This document shows positions 24,896 through 36,393 of a stretch of 64,000 nucleotides of DNA, one piece after another. The translations under genes and the position numbers were made by a program. The DNA comes from an uncultured Acidobacteriota bacterium (GTDB lineage: Bacteria; Acidobacteriota; Polarisedimenticolia; J045): positions 32,001-96,000 of the forward strand of contig CAVPCQ010000021.1 of assembly GCA_963702425.1 (NCBI GenBank), in the 5' to 3' direction. Positions within the stretch are counted from its first letter, which is position 1, and every line of letters starts with the position of its first letter. The notes under the pieces are model-generated. The model saw only the letters and a list, made by a program, of their open reading frames with translations, did no database searches and was not told the DNA's origin.

Positions 24896-27800
24896 TTGCG
24901 CGACGCCCGTTCCGCGACTCCCGGTTCGCGCTGCCACGCGCCGCGATCGCCCTGCTCGCTGCGGCCATCCTGGCGGCCGCGGTGGCCCCGCCGCGTCCTC
25001 GCCCACCGCCTGCCGCTGCGCGTCTACACCGTCGCCGACGGCCTGGCGCGCGACAGCGTGCGCTGCATCGTCGAGGACTCGCGCGGCTTCCTCTGGTTCT
25101 GCACCGACGAGGGGCTGTCGCGCTTCGACGGGAGCGAGTTCCGCAACTACGACGAGAACGGACGGCCTGGCCGGCCCCTCGGTGCGCGCCGTGCTGGAGC
25201 AGGACGACGGGACCTACTGGGTGGGAACCAACGCCGGCCTGTTCCGCTTCGATCCGCGCCCGCGGCCCGGCCGGCCGCTGTTCGAGCGCGTCCCGCTGCC
25301 GACCGATCCGCCGCGCGCCGGTGCCCGGCGAGCCACCGCCCGACCGTTCGACCGAGGTCCTGGCGATCGTTCTCCACCGCGACCCCGCGGGCCGCCTGTG
25401 GGTCGGCTCGACGCGCGGCGCCGCGTATCTCGAGCGCGATGCGTCCGGCGCGTGGCGCGCGACGCCGGTCGCGTTCGTCGACGAGCGCGGCGCGCCGCTC
25501 GAGGTCGTCGTGCGCGGCTTCGCCGACGACGGGAACGGCGCGGTCTGGATCGGCACGCGCTGGTGGGGCGTGTTCCACGCGACCCCGCCGGGCGCCGGAG
25601 AGGCCGTCGACGAGCGCCCGTCTCGCCAAGCGCTGGATCACGCACGACGAGATGGGCGGCGACGTGCGCGCGCTGCTCCGCGACCGCGCCGGCCGCCTCT
25701 GGGCCGCCTCGGTCAGCGGCCTGATCGAGCTGCGTCCCGACGAGGCGACGGGGCGGCTGCGCCGCGGAGCGGTCTATGCCCGCGAGGACGGCCTGCCCGA
25801 CAGCTCGGTCCAGGCGCTGGTCGAGACGGCGGACGGGCGGCTGCTGCTCGCCACCGACGCCGGCGCCGCGATCGTCGAGCGCGCCGGCGAGCCGGGCGCG
25901 CGCGTCACCGCGATCGACCGCGCCGATGGCCTGCCGCCCGGGATCCAGGCCTCGGTCGCCGAGGACTCCGCCGGCAATCTCTGGGTCGGCTCGGCCGGCG
26001 CCGGGCTCGCGCGGATCGCGCCGCGCGGCCTCTCGACCTACGACGCCGCGGACGGCCTGGCGCTCGAGCGCAGCGTCGGGGCGCTGCTCGACGCCGACGG
26101 GCGGCCCTGCTTCGTCACGCGTTCGGCGGCCCTGCGCGTGATCGTGAGCTGCTTCGACGGCGAGCGGTTCGAGTCGGTGCAGGCGCCGTTCCCGCGCGGG
26201 GTCCTCGAACTGGGCTGGGGCGTCGTCCGCCCGGTGATCGCGACCGAGCGCGGCTGGTGGTTCGCGACGGAGCGCGGTGTCGCGCACTTCCCGGGCGACG
26301 GGCGGCTGCGCTCGCTCGCCGCATCGGGGCCGCCGCGGCTCCTCGGGATGGAGGACGGCCTGCCCGGCCGCGACGTCGTCGCGCTCTTCGAGGCGCGCGA
26401 CGGCACGATCTGGGCCTCGGCGGGGATCGAGACCCCCGGGGCGAGCACGCTCAACTACCTTCCCCCCGGCGCCAACCGCTTCGTCAACGTCCCCGCGCAG
26501 GAGGCGATCCCCGACGGCTTCGCGCTCGATTTCGCCGAGGACCGCGACGGCCGGCTCTGGGTCGCCTTCACCGGACGCCTGGTCCGCGGCCGGCAGGGTC
26601 GATTCGAGCAGGTGGCGGACGAGGAGGCCCTCGGCCTGCTCCCCGAGCTGCTGCACGCCGACTCCACGGGGCGCCTGTGGGTGCTGGGAACGGGCGGCGT
26701 CGTGCGCCTGGACGATCCGGCGGCGGAGAAGCCCGGCTGGACGCACCTCGGACCGGGCCAGGGGCTCGCCAGCATCGACGTCGGCTGCGCGACGACCGAC
26801 GCGCGCGGCCGCCTCGCGATCGGCACCGCGCGCGGCGTCGACATCCTCGATCCGGCGAGCGGCCGGCTCCGCCACCTCGGGCGCGACGACGGCCTGGCCG
26901 GCAACCAGGTCCGGCACTGCCTGACCGATCCGCAGGGGAACGTCTGGTTCGCCGTCGACGGCGCCGTGTCGCGGCTGCCGCCGGGAGACGATCCCCCGCC
27001 GCGGCCGCCGCGGCTCCTCGTCGGCGCGGTCCGCGTCGCCGGCTCACCGTGGCCGATCTCCGAGCTGGGCCAGCCGGTCGTCGACGAGGTCGTCCTGCGG
27101 CCGGGCCAGCGGCAGCTGGCGATCGACCTGATCGGCTTCGGCTCGGCGTCGGGCGGTCCGCCGCGCTTCCAGCACCGCCTGCTCGGCGTCCGGCGACGAC
27201 GCCTGGAGCGCGCCGCAGCGCGAACGGACCGTCTCGCTGGCCGGCCTCGCGCCCGGCCGCTACCGCTTCGAGGCGCGCGCCGTCGACGGCGCGCGGCAGG
27301 TCAGCGCGGAGACGGTCGCCGTCGCGCGTGCGCGTGCTCGCCCCGTTCTGGCAGCGGCCGTGGTTCTGGGCCGCGCTCGCGCTCGCCGGCCGCGGGCGCG
27401 CTGGCGCTGTGGTGTGCGCGCGCGGGCCCGCCGCGCGCTGCAGCTCGAGCGGCTGCGCACGCGGATCGCGATGGACCTGCACGACGAGCTGGGCTCGGGC
27501 CTGGGCGGGATCGGGATCATGTCGGCGCTGCTCGGCGAGGAGAGCCTGCCGGCCGACGAGCGGCACGGCCTCGCACAGCGCGTCGTCGCGACGGCGAACG
27601 AGCTGGGGTTCGCGCTGACCGACATCGTCTGGGCGCTGCGGCCCGGCAACACGCGCCTCGAGCGGCTGGCGTACTTCCTGGCCGAGCGCGGCGGGCGGCT
27701 GTTCGCGGGGGGCGGGGCGCGCTTCGAGACCGCTTTCCCGGAGCGCTTTCCGGACCTGGAGTTGACGCTGGCGGCCCAGCACGCGGTGCAGCGCGTCGGC

Positions 27801-28136
27801 CTCGAGGCGCTGCACAACGCGGCGAAGTACGCCGAGGCGTCGCGCGTGACGCTGTCGCTCGCGCCGGCGGCGGGCGGGCGCTGGACGCTGGCGGTCGAGG
27901 ACGACGGGGTCGGGATCGCCGCACCCGGGCTGCTCGCCGCGGCGGACGAGGACGACGCCGCGCCGCACGGCCACGGCCTGCCCGGGATGCGGCGTCGGGC
28001 CGCGGAGATCGGCGCGGAGCTGGCGATCGGGCCGGGCGCGGGCGGGCGCGGGACCCGCGTCGCGCTGACCTTCGACCCGGCGCGGCCGACCCGCATGATC
28101 ATGCGGTCGACCGGCCGGCCGCTGGAAGGAGAATGA
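24896..28136 (+). CDS. Sensor histidine kinase with Reg_prop beta-propeller and Y_Y_Y periplasmic region and HisKA_3/HATPase_c core; several apparent frameshifts
   Basis: YTVADGLARDSVRCIVEDSRGFLWF and repeated D..G.LW motifs; LAGLAPGRYRFEARA; RTRIAMDLHDELGSGL, EALHNAAKYA, VEDDGVG, GHGLPGMRRRA. The start is approximate. Confidence 0.85.
28088..28106. promoter_or_regulatory. Palindromic operator candidate upstream of the response regulator
   Basis: Perfect 16-bp palindrome CCGCATGATCATGCGG (28091..28106); 15/17 identical to 28866..28882. Confidence 0.55.
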
Positions 28137-28828
28137 CCGCCGTGAGCCTGCGCGTCGCGATCTTCGAGGACGATCCCGGCTACCGCGAGGGGCTGGCGGC
28201 GCTGCTGCGCTTCGCGCCCGGCTTCGAGCTGGTCGGCGTCTACGGGGCCGCCGCGTCCGCGGTCCGGGCGGCGGAGCAGGCCGCGGAGCGCGGCGAGCCG
28301 TGCCCGTGGGAACTGGTCCTCTCGGACATCGAGATGCCCGGGATGAGCGGGATCGAGGCCTGCCGCCGGCTCAAGGAGGCCTACCCCGGCCTGCCGGTGA
28401 TCGTGCTGACCGTCTTCGAGGAGCCGGCGACGATCCTCGACGCGATCCGGGCCGGCGCGGACGGCTACCTGCTCAAGCGCAGCACCGCGCCCGAGCTGCT
28501 GGCCGGGCTGCGCGCGATCGCGGGGGGCGGCTCGCCGCTGACGGCGGGCGTCGCGCGCTCGGTGCTGGAGCTGCTGCGGCAGGGCGAGGGCGGCGGCGCG
28601 ACGACCGGACCGGCATCGACCACCGCCCCGCAGCGCCTCGAGCTGGGCGAGCGCGAGCAGGAGGTCCTGCGCGGCCTGGTCCGCGGCGGGACCTACGCCC
28701 AGATCGCCGACGAGATGGGGATCAGCCTCGACACCGTCCGCGGCCACATCCGCTCGATCTACCGCAAGCTCCAGGTCAACAGCGCGAAGGCCGCGGTCTC
28801 GCGCGCGGTCCGCGAGCGGCTGGTCTGA
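28133..28828 (+). CDS. NarL/LuxR family two-component response regulator
   Basis: FEDD, LSDIEMPGMSG, LTVF, GYLLK; HTH REQEVL..L..G.TYAQIA..MGISLDTVRGHIRSIYRKLQV. Confidence 0.92.
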   Translation: MTAVSLRVAIFEDDPGYREGLAALLRFAPGFELVGVYGAAASAVRAAEQAAERGEPCPWELVLSDIEMPGMSGIEACRRLKEAYPGLPVIVLTVFEEPATILDAIRAGADGYLLKRSTAPELLAGLRAIAGGGSPLTAGVARSVLELLRQGEGGGATTGPASTTAPQRLELGEREQEVLRGLVRGGTYAQIADEMGISLDTVRGHIRSIYRKLQVNSAKAAVSRAVRERLV

Positions 28829-28865
28829 GCAGGTCCCGCGCGGCCGGCTAACTGCCGCTTTCGCA

Positions 28866-28885
28866 GACCCGCATCTTCATGCCGG
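28866..28885. promoter_or_regulatory. Second copy of the operator candidate, upstream of the secreted-protein operon
   Basis: GACCCGCATCTTCATGCCGG versus GACCCGCATGATCATGCGG. Confidence 0.5.
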
Positions 28886-28938
28886 TGCCGCCGCGCTCCG
28901 CGACGGGACACTCCTCCCGTCTCGTGGAGGAGCCTCGG

Positions 28939-29491
28939 ATGCGCCCGGTCGTCGTTGCCGTCCTGCTCGCAGGTGCCGCTCTCGCCGGCGGTACCGGCCC
29001 TCGCCCAGCAAAGCGCCAGCTACAAGCTGACCGAGAGCGCCGTCAACGCCGGCGGCCGCCCCGTCAACGGCGCGGGCGCCTCGTCCGCCAGCTACCGCGT
29101 CAGCTTCGACGCGATCGGCGACGCGGTCGCCGGCGGGGCGCCGTCGAGTGCCTCGTACCGGCTGGGCTCGGGTTTCGTGTCCTGGTTCCCGCCCCCGGGT
29201 GAGGCCAAGGGGCTGCGCTTTTCCGACCGGACCACGCTGCGCTGGGACCCGGAGCCGTCGGTCGGCACCTACAACCTGTATCGCGACTTCGTCTCCGCCC
29301 TTGCCGGCGGCGGGACGGGCACCTGTTTCGTGAATGGTGTCTCCACCGAGCAGGCGTCCGACGCGGGGAGTCCCGGCGCCGGCAAGGGCTTCTTCTACCT
29401 CGTCACCGCGAAGAACCGGCTTGCCGAGGAAGGGACCAAGGGGAAACGCAGCAGCGGCACTGAGCGCCCGAACGCGGCGCCGTGCCCGTGA
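28939..29491 (+). CDS. Small secreted protein: SASY-repeat N-terminal domain plus C-terminal CP domain (frameshift near 28990)
   Basis: GGAGGAG RBS; signal MRPVVVAVLLAGAALA; SASYKL / SSASYRV / SSASYRLGSGF repeats; ends FFYLVTAKN...ERPNAAPCP. Confidence 0.75.
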
Positions 29492-29505
29492 GAGAGGACT
29501 CCGCC

Positions 29506-31621
29506 ATGAGGATCGCCCGCCCGCTCCGCACTTCGCCCGCCGCGCTCGCGGCGCTGCTGGTCGGCGCGCTGACCGCTCCCGCCGCGCGACGCCGCCGCTC
29601 CCCCGCCGCTCGTCAACTACCAGGGCGTGTTGCGCGACGCCGCGGACAAGCCGCGCAGCGGCTCGTTCGACATGGTCTTCCGGTTCTTCAGCGCGGCTTC
29701 GGCCGGGGACGAGATCCTGGTCGACTCGCGCCTCGCCGCGAACGCGCTGGCGGTGACGGTCGGCAACGGGCTGTTCAGCGTGCAGCTCGGGGGCGGCGTG
29801 GTCGGCGACGGCTCGGGACCGGGCACCTACACCTCGCTGGCCGACGTCTTCCGCGACTACGCCGCGGTCTGGCTGCAGCTCGAGGTCGGGCCGGCGGGCG
29901 GGGCGCGAGAGACGCTCAACCCGCGCGTGCGGATCGTCGCCGCGGCCTACGCGATGAACGCGAGCACGGCGCAGAGCGCGCTCGACGCCGCGAACCTGGG
30001 CGGGCGCGCGCCGTCGGCCTTCCTCGACACCTCGTCGACGTTCCAGACGAAGTCCGGCGGGCTGAAGGCGCAGGAGGCATCCACCAACACGGCGGGGATC
30101 TTCGCGAACTCCGGCTCCGGTGTGAGCCTGGCGACGGCCTTCTCCGGGTTGCTGGCGAGCGGTCCTGTCACGGGCGGCGAGTTCTACAACGACTCGAGCG
30201 GGAGCTTCGCCCTCCTGAGCAACGGCAACGACGGCGTCGTCGGCCGCGGCCAGTGGGGCGGCTGCGAGACCTGCGGCGCGGGAGGCGTCTTCTCGTCGGG
30301 GACACTCTACTCCGGCCAGGCGTCGCTCTCCGTCGGGGACACGGGGCTCGTCGCCTCGGGTGACTTCGCGGCCGGGATCTTCCGCGAGAGCGATTCCGGC
30401 GCGAGTGCTTACCTCGGCTACAACAGCACCGGCGTCGCCGGCTTCGCCGTCAATCCGGGCGAGAATCCCGCCTACTTCGAGGACTCGTCCTCCGGACTGA
30501 CCTGGGCCGCGGTCGGCCAGGCCGGCTTCAAGATCAAGGGGACCGGCGGCGTCAGCTTCGTGCAGAACCACCCGTTCGACCCGACGGCGGAGATCGTATA
30601 CACGGCGCCCGAGGGGGACGAGGCCGCCGTCTACACCCGCGGTTCGGCGCGGCTCGTGAACGGCGAGGCGCGCGTGCCGCTGGGCGAGACGTTCCGGCTG
30701 GTCGCCAACCCGGACATCGGGCTGACGGCGCACGTTACGCCGCGCGGCGCGTGGGCCGACCTCTACGTCGCCTCGGTGACGACGGAGGAACTGGTCGTCC
30801 GCAGCCGCGACGGCCAGACGCCCGACGCGGCGTTCGACTACGCTGTCTGGGGCCTGCGGATCGGCTTCGAGGAGCGCCCCGCGATCCGCCCTAAGGAGCG
30901 CAACGCGCCGCTCCCGAGCCGCGCCCCGGACGAGGCGCTCTTCGCGGCGCGCCCCGATCTGCGCGCGACGACTCCGCTGGCGCGGTTCGCGGCGATGCGA
31001 GACGACGGCGCGGTGGCCGGCGCGCGGCCGCTGGACCTCGACGCGCTCGCGTGCGCTCGCCGCGGCGATCGACGCGGCCTCGCCACCGGAGTTCGCGCCG
31101 GCCGCTCCGCGCGCGGGGCGCGTCACCACGGCCGACTCGCCGCCCGCGTCGACCGGGCGCGACCGCGGCGGGACCGGTGCCGCGATGAAGCCGGGCCCGA
31201 TGTCGCAACCCGGCCCCTCGAGCCCACCACGCTCCCCGCCTCCCTGCCCGGCGCGCTTCCCGCTCCGATCGCCGAGCGGGTCGAGGTCGGCGACGTCCTC
31301 GCCGCCGATCCGCTGCGCCCGGGGACGCTGGTCCGCTCCGGTGCGGGGCTCGAGGCCACCGTCGCCGGGATCGTCGCCGGCGCGCCAGGCTCCGTTTTCG
31401 ACGGTGAGGCGCCGCTGGCCTTCGCCGGCACGATCGTGTCCGTCAAGGCCGACGCGACCGCGCAGCCGATCGCCGCGGGCGACCTGCTCGTCGCGTCGCC
31501 GCTGCCGGGCCACGCGATGCGGGCCCCGGACGGTCCCGCCGCGGGAACCGTCGTGGCGAAGGCGCTCGAGTCGCTCCCCGCAGGGACCCGCATGATCCGC
31601 GCCCTCGTGATGTCGCGCTGA
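29506..31621 (+). CDS. Secreted tail-fibre/adhesin-like protein with C-terminal intramolecular-chaperone-like domains (frameshift near 29590)
   Basis: VNYQGVLRD..G.FDMVFRFF...NGLFSVQLG N-domain; Gly-rich beta stalk; FVQNHPFDP..IVY..PEG...YTRG; GDLLVAS..PGHAM...GTVVAKALE. Confidence 0.7.
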
Positions 31622-31647
31622 CCAGGAACCGCCTCGGAGGAATTACG

Positions 31648-34621
31648 ATGCGTCCCACGATCTCTATCTCGCCGAAGCGCCTCGAACGAACGCTCCTCTT
31701 CGCCCTGTTCACTGTCGCGGCGCCGCTCGGACCGGCGGCCCTCGCCGGTGACGGCACCGTCACGGTCCGCGCCCTCGAGGCCCACATCGCGAAGGAGGGC
31801 AACGACGACATGTTCGGGCCGCAGCAGGACTTCTACGTCTGCAGCGACTTCGAGCAGCAGGGAATGCTGGTCACCAACCCGGAGATCGGCAACCACGACC
31901 ACGCGAGCTGGCCCAATCCCATCCCGCGGATCAAGGTCGTGCCGGGAAAGAATCAGCGGTTCTTCGACATCTACTTCGAGCTCTGGGACGACGACGACAC
32001 GACGGCCCACGAAGGATTCGACATCAACCCCCAGAACGGCCCCGTCGTTCCCGGACTGCCGAGCAATCAACCCCTGCACCTATCAGAACAGCATCAACGG
32101 CGTGTTTCCGCACATCAGGTACGACGTCTGCACCGGCGAGCTCGAAGTCAGCGGGGTCAACGGCTCACTGCCGATCCGGATCGGGAACGGCAGGGCCCAG
32201 CTCAACGGGATCAACACGCTGCCGGGAGGGTTCGACAACTCGGCTCGCCTGATCTTCGAAGTCACACGCGAGCCGAGCAACTGGCTTCCGGACGACGTCG
32301 CGATCACGACCGTCGAGATCGTCCAGTCGGTGAAGGGCGCGGTTGAAGCCGTCGTCGACAAGCCCACGTCGCTGCTCGTCACGATCTCCAACACGCATCC
32401 CTTCGACCTGACCGCACCGGTCACGGGAACGCTCACCGACGGGACTCACGACCGTCGCTGACTCGAAGCTGATCTTCATCGAGCGCGGAACACCCGAGCG
32501 GCCGAGCGAAACGCTCGTCGCGCTGTTCGACGGGGCGAACGCGCCGCCGTTCCGCCCGCAGAAACTCGCGGCCTTCGGGAACGGCAAGGTGAGCGGATCG
32601 GCGCAGGTCGTCTACCAGGAGTCGCTCTCCCCGAACGCGCCGCCGCAGCTCATGGACTGCGCCAACATCAACAACATCGGCGACGCGACGGAGCTTCCGC
32701 TCAAGAAGACGACCGACCGGTACACGCTCTTCATCCGATACGATTACGAAGAGGACAAGAACGTCATCACGTTCCCGCAGCTGCAGGCGATGCAGTCGCG
32801 CGAGGACGCGCTCCGTCTCGCCTCGTGGCCGCTCGCGGCGCTCGACTCCCACATCTCGTCGACGATGCTGTTCCACGACCACGGCAGCTGGTTTCCGTTC
32901 TTCGAGCCGTTCACCTCGGTCCTGGGGCTGAGCATCGGCGCTCAGCTCGGCGGCATCGACCGGATGGTGCTCTCGGTCCGCAACAACTGGTTTGCCGAGA
33001 ACCTGTTCCGCCACCAGTTCATCGCGAACGGCACGATCGGCTATTCGCTCGGTTGGTTCGCGCCGCACGCGGTTCTCGCCGAGGACGGCTACTTCGGCGT
33101 CGCGGTCCACGAACTCGGGACACACGTACGACCTGAGCCAGCACGCCTGCAACACGGGCGGGTACGACGAGTACGCGATGACCGCGCGAGTGCGGCGCGC
33201 CGTTCACCGGGGAGGGGTTCGACCCGGCGGGCACGCTGTTCCCGACGGGCTACTTCTCATCGCGCGCGGGACTGCGTTGCCCGGAGCGCGAGCCGATCCC
33301 GGGGGAGGTCTGCGCAGCCGAACATCATGGATGCGAACTCCCCGGTCCGGTACGACAACTGGATCGACCCGTTCACGTACCACTACCTGATGGACAAGGC
33401 GCTCCCACACGTCGATCCGCCGCTGCTCGCGCTCGCAGCCGTCGTCCACCTGCCGAACGGTCCGGGGGACGGCTCGGCACCGCCCGTGATCGAAGGCTCC
33501 CTGCCTCTGTCCGCGTACCAGTTCATGGGCAACCAGGACCTCGAGATGGCGCCGCTGTCGTTCGACGGCGAGACGTTCCTCGGGGTGGGGCCGTACCGGG
33601 TCCGGTTCGTCACGCCGACCGGCGTCCGCGAGTACCGCGTCGAGCCGCACATGATCGACAGCGCGAGTTCACCGGAGCAGATCGGCGCGATCGCGCTCAA
33701 CTTCCCCTGGGACCCGGCGACGGTCCGCATCGAGCTGCTCGGGCCGGTCGACCTGCGCAATGACGGCTGCTGGAACCGCTACTGCCCCGGCGACAGCGTT
33801 CTCCTCGCGTCGCGCCTCGTGTCGCCGGCCGCGCCGTCGGCGAGCGACCTGCGCGCGGGACGCGACGCCGCGGCTCCTCCGACGCCGCCGGGCAGCACGC
33901 CGGCGACGCCGACGGTCGGTCCGAACCACGAGGCGGTCGTGTCATGGACCGCGAGCGACGCCGATTCGCCCGAACTGCGCGCGACCCTGCTCCTCGCGCC
34001 GCAGGACGCCGCCGGCGGCACGGGCGGCCCGTCGACGCCCGTCGGCATCGAACTCACGGGAAGCAGCTTCCGGATCCCGCACACCCTCCTGGCGGACGCG
34101 CCGGGGCTCTACACCGGGCGCGTACTCGTGTCGGACGGCGTGAACACCGCCGAGGTCTCTCGCGGGCAGCTGTTCAGCATCTGCAACCTGCAGAACGGCG
34201 GTCTCGAGCTGTGCAACGGCGTCGACGACGACTGCGACGGCCTCACCGACAATACCCCGCCGGGACCGGTCGAAAGCGTGATGCTCAATCCGCAGCCGTA
34301 TCCACCGACTCCGGCCGGCACTCGAGCGGCTCACGTGGGCGCAGCGGTCTCGCCGCGCAGACGTTCGACATCGTCTTCGGTGACGCCGTCGCCCTGCGCG
34401 ACTCGGTCGGCGACTTCTCCCGCGCGACGCTCGGCTGCCTCGCGAACGACATCACCTCCGATTCGTTCGGGCCGCTGCCCACGCCGGAGGCGGGCGGTGC
34501 GTTCTGGTTCGACGTGCGCGCCAGCAACTGCGCCGGCCCCGGAAGCTACGACCCCGGCGATCCGGGCCAGCGCGGGACGCGGGACGCGGGGATCGCCGCG
34601 TCGGACCGCGGGTGCCCGTGA
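31648..34621 (+). CDS. Secreted zinc metalloprotease-like multidomain protein with C-terminal CP domain; multiple apparent frameshifts
   Basis: GGAGG RBS and signal peptide; ORF pieces 31648, 31748, 32589 and 33944 join into one gene. HELGHTYDLSQH is restored by removing one base near 33120. ELCNGVDDDCDG motif; ends FWFDVRASNC...RDAGIAASDRGCP. Confidence 0.65.
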
Positions 34622-34678
34622 AACGCGCCACAGTCCCCGGCGCCGCCTGCTGCCGCGCCGGCTCGCGGATCGCACACG

Positions 34679-34704
34679 GCGCGGAGGCCTGCCGGCCTCC
34701 GCGC
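34679..34704. terminator. Hairpin between convergent genes
   Basis: GCGCGGAGGCC-TGCC-GGCCTCCGCGC. Confidence 0.5.
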
Positions 34705-34718
34705 TCTCGTCACTCCGC

Positions 34719-35404
34719 TCACCAGCGCGCGAACGCGAGCAGGTCCAGGCTGGCCGCGCAGGCGTAGTGCAGCAGCACGCCCGGCAGGATGCTCCCGGAC
34801 CGCAGCGCGAGCAGCCCCAGCCCGAGCCCGAAGCCGTAGGCGAGGAACGCCTCGGGCGCCGGCTTCCCCGCGTGCATCACCGCGAACGGGATCGCCTGGA
34901 CCGCGAGCGCTGCGTTGCCGAGCGCGGGCCGGAGCCCGAAGAGCAGGTAGCCGCGGCACAGGAACTCGACCGCGAACAGGGCGAACCAGCGAGGCGGCCT
35001 GTACGACCAGGATCTGCTGCCAGGTCATGCGGCCGAAGCCCGTCGCTGGCATACACCCGGCGGAACCCTGGCTGGCGCGACCAGGCGAGCAGCAGGGGCA
35101 GCAGCAGCAGGTAGCAGAGCGCGACGTCGAGCAGCCAGCGGCGCGGCCGGCCGAGGCGCAAGCCGACGTCCGCAGGGCTGCGGCGCAGCAGCGGCAGGCT
35201 GGCCAGCGGAAGCGCCAGGAAGACCGCGCCCCTGCCGAGGGTCGCGCTGACGCCCTGCCAGGCCGGTCCGAGGGCGCCAACGCGCAGGGGAACATACACG
35301 GGCACCAGGAGGGCCGTGCAGGCGACGAAGCAGATCGCCAGCACCTCCCCCTGTCCGCCGAGCAGCCGTCTCAGCTCCTCGCGCAGCTCTCGCAGGTAGG
35401 GCAT
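34719..35404 (-). CDS. CPBP (Abi/Rce1, CAAX-protease-like) glutamic intramembrane protease; frameshifted
   Basis: MPYLRELREE start; EFLCRGYLLFG, FAVMHAGKPAPE, GSILPGVLLH. Confidence 0.75.
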
Positions 35405-35430
35405 CGCGCGCGAGCGGGGGACGCGCCGGG

Positions 35431-36243
35431 TCAGAACCGCGTCAGGTTGTACGCGATCCCGGCCTCGTGGAACTTGACGTGGTAGTTCGAAACCAGCGAG
35501 CCGTAGGTGAACGTCACCTCGGCCTCGGGCCCGTTCTCCGCGACCCAGTGTCTGGAGCCACGCGACTGGTGCCGGCCGTTGGGCGTCATCGGCAGGACGA
35601 GCTCCAGCTTGTCGGTGATGAAGAAGTTGTAGTGGCCGTAGATCGGCGCCGGCTGGCCGTTCAGCAGGACCGACGCCGTCGCGCTGTCGACGGGGACCAG
35701 GTAGGCCGTCTTCCCGCGCCAGGTCGTGGTCGCGAGGTCGGCGAACTCGGCCATCGCGCTTTGCTTGTCGCGCCAGCCCGCGTCGCCGCACTCGCCGTAC
35801 CGGGTGTCGTACGAGACCAGGTCGGAGAGCGACCGGGCGCCGGAGCAGGCGTAGTCGCAACCGGCCGTCGAACGATGTCGTCGATCGCGTCGTTGGCCGG
35901 GATTCCACGACGCGAGTGATAGTGCAGCCGTCGTAGCGCCAGTCGCAGTAGGTCTGGTCCAGGAAGATCACCGATGAGGTCGGGATCGTAGTTGTTGAAG
36001 GAGTAGAGCATCTGGTCGCCGTACTGGTTCTGGTAGACCATCGAGAACAGCTCGTCGGAGCCGTCGTCCCAGAGCGTCCCGACGGGCATGAAATGGCTCG
36101 GCAGAGTAGGCGTTGTGCCCGGTGCGGATCACGCCGCTGGAGCTGCCGCGATCGTCGGTGATGACGGGGTAGTCGCTGATGGCGCAGCCCAGCGAGACGA
36201 GCAGCAGGGGCAGCGCAACACACTTCAACGACGTGGAAGCCAT
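35431..36243 (-). CDS. Hypothetical Cys-containing lipoprotein; several frameshifts
   Basis: Lipobox LVSLGC after GGGAGGG RBS; fragments in ORFs 35968, 35661, 34877 and 35431. Confidence 0.55.
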
Positions 36244-36393
36244 CGTCCCCTCCCCGCGCCGGCTGCCCCGTCGGCTCTCCGCCGGCGGGTGCGCCGGCGT
36301 CCACAGGGTCGTCTTCTAGACCCGTGGGGCGGGGCCTGTCAACGGGCACGGCGGTGGCGGGGTCGGCGGCCGTGCGGGGCGACCCGCCCCGCC

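Noticed and set aside
24575-28828. Apparent 1417-aa propeller-response regulator hybrid ORF
   Set aside because: The kinase core is in a different frame (27360..28136) and the regulator has its own RBS and ATG at 28133; this is a frameshift artefact.
29506-31621. Tail-fibre-like gene as a prophage remnant
   Set aside because: It has a signal peptide and there are no capsid, terminase, baseplate or integrase genes nearby; better read as a cellular adhesin.
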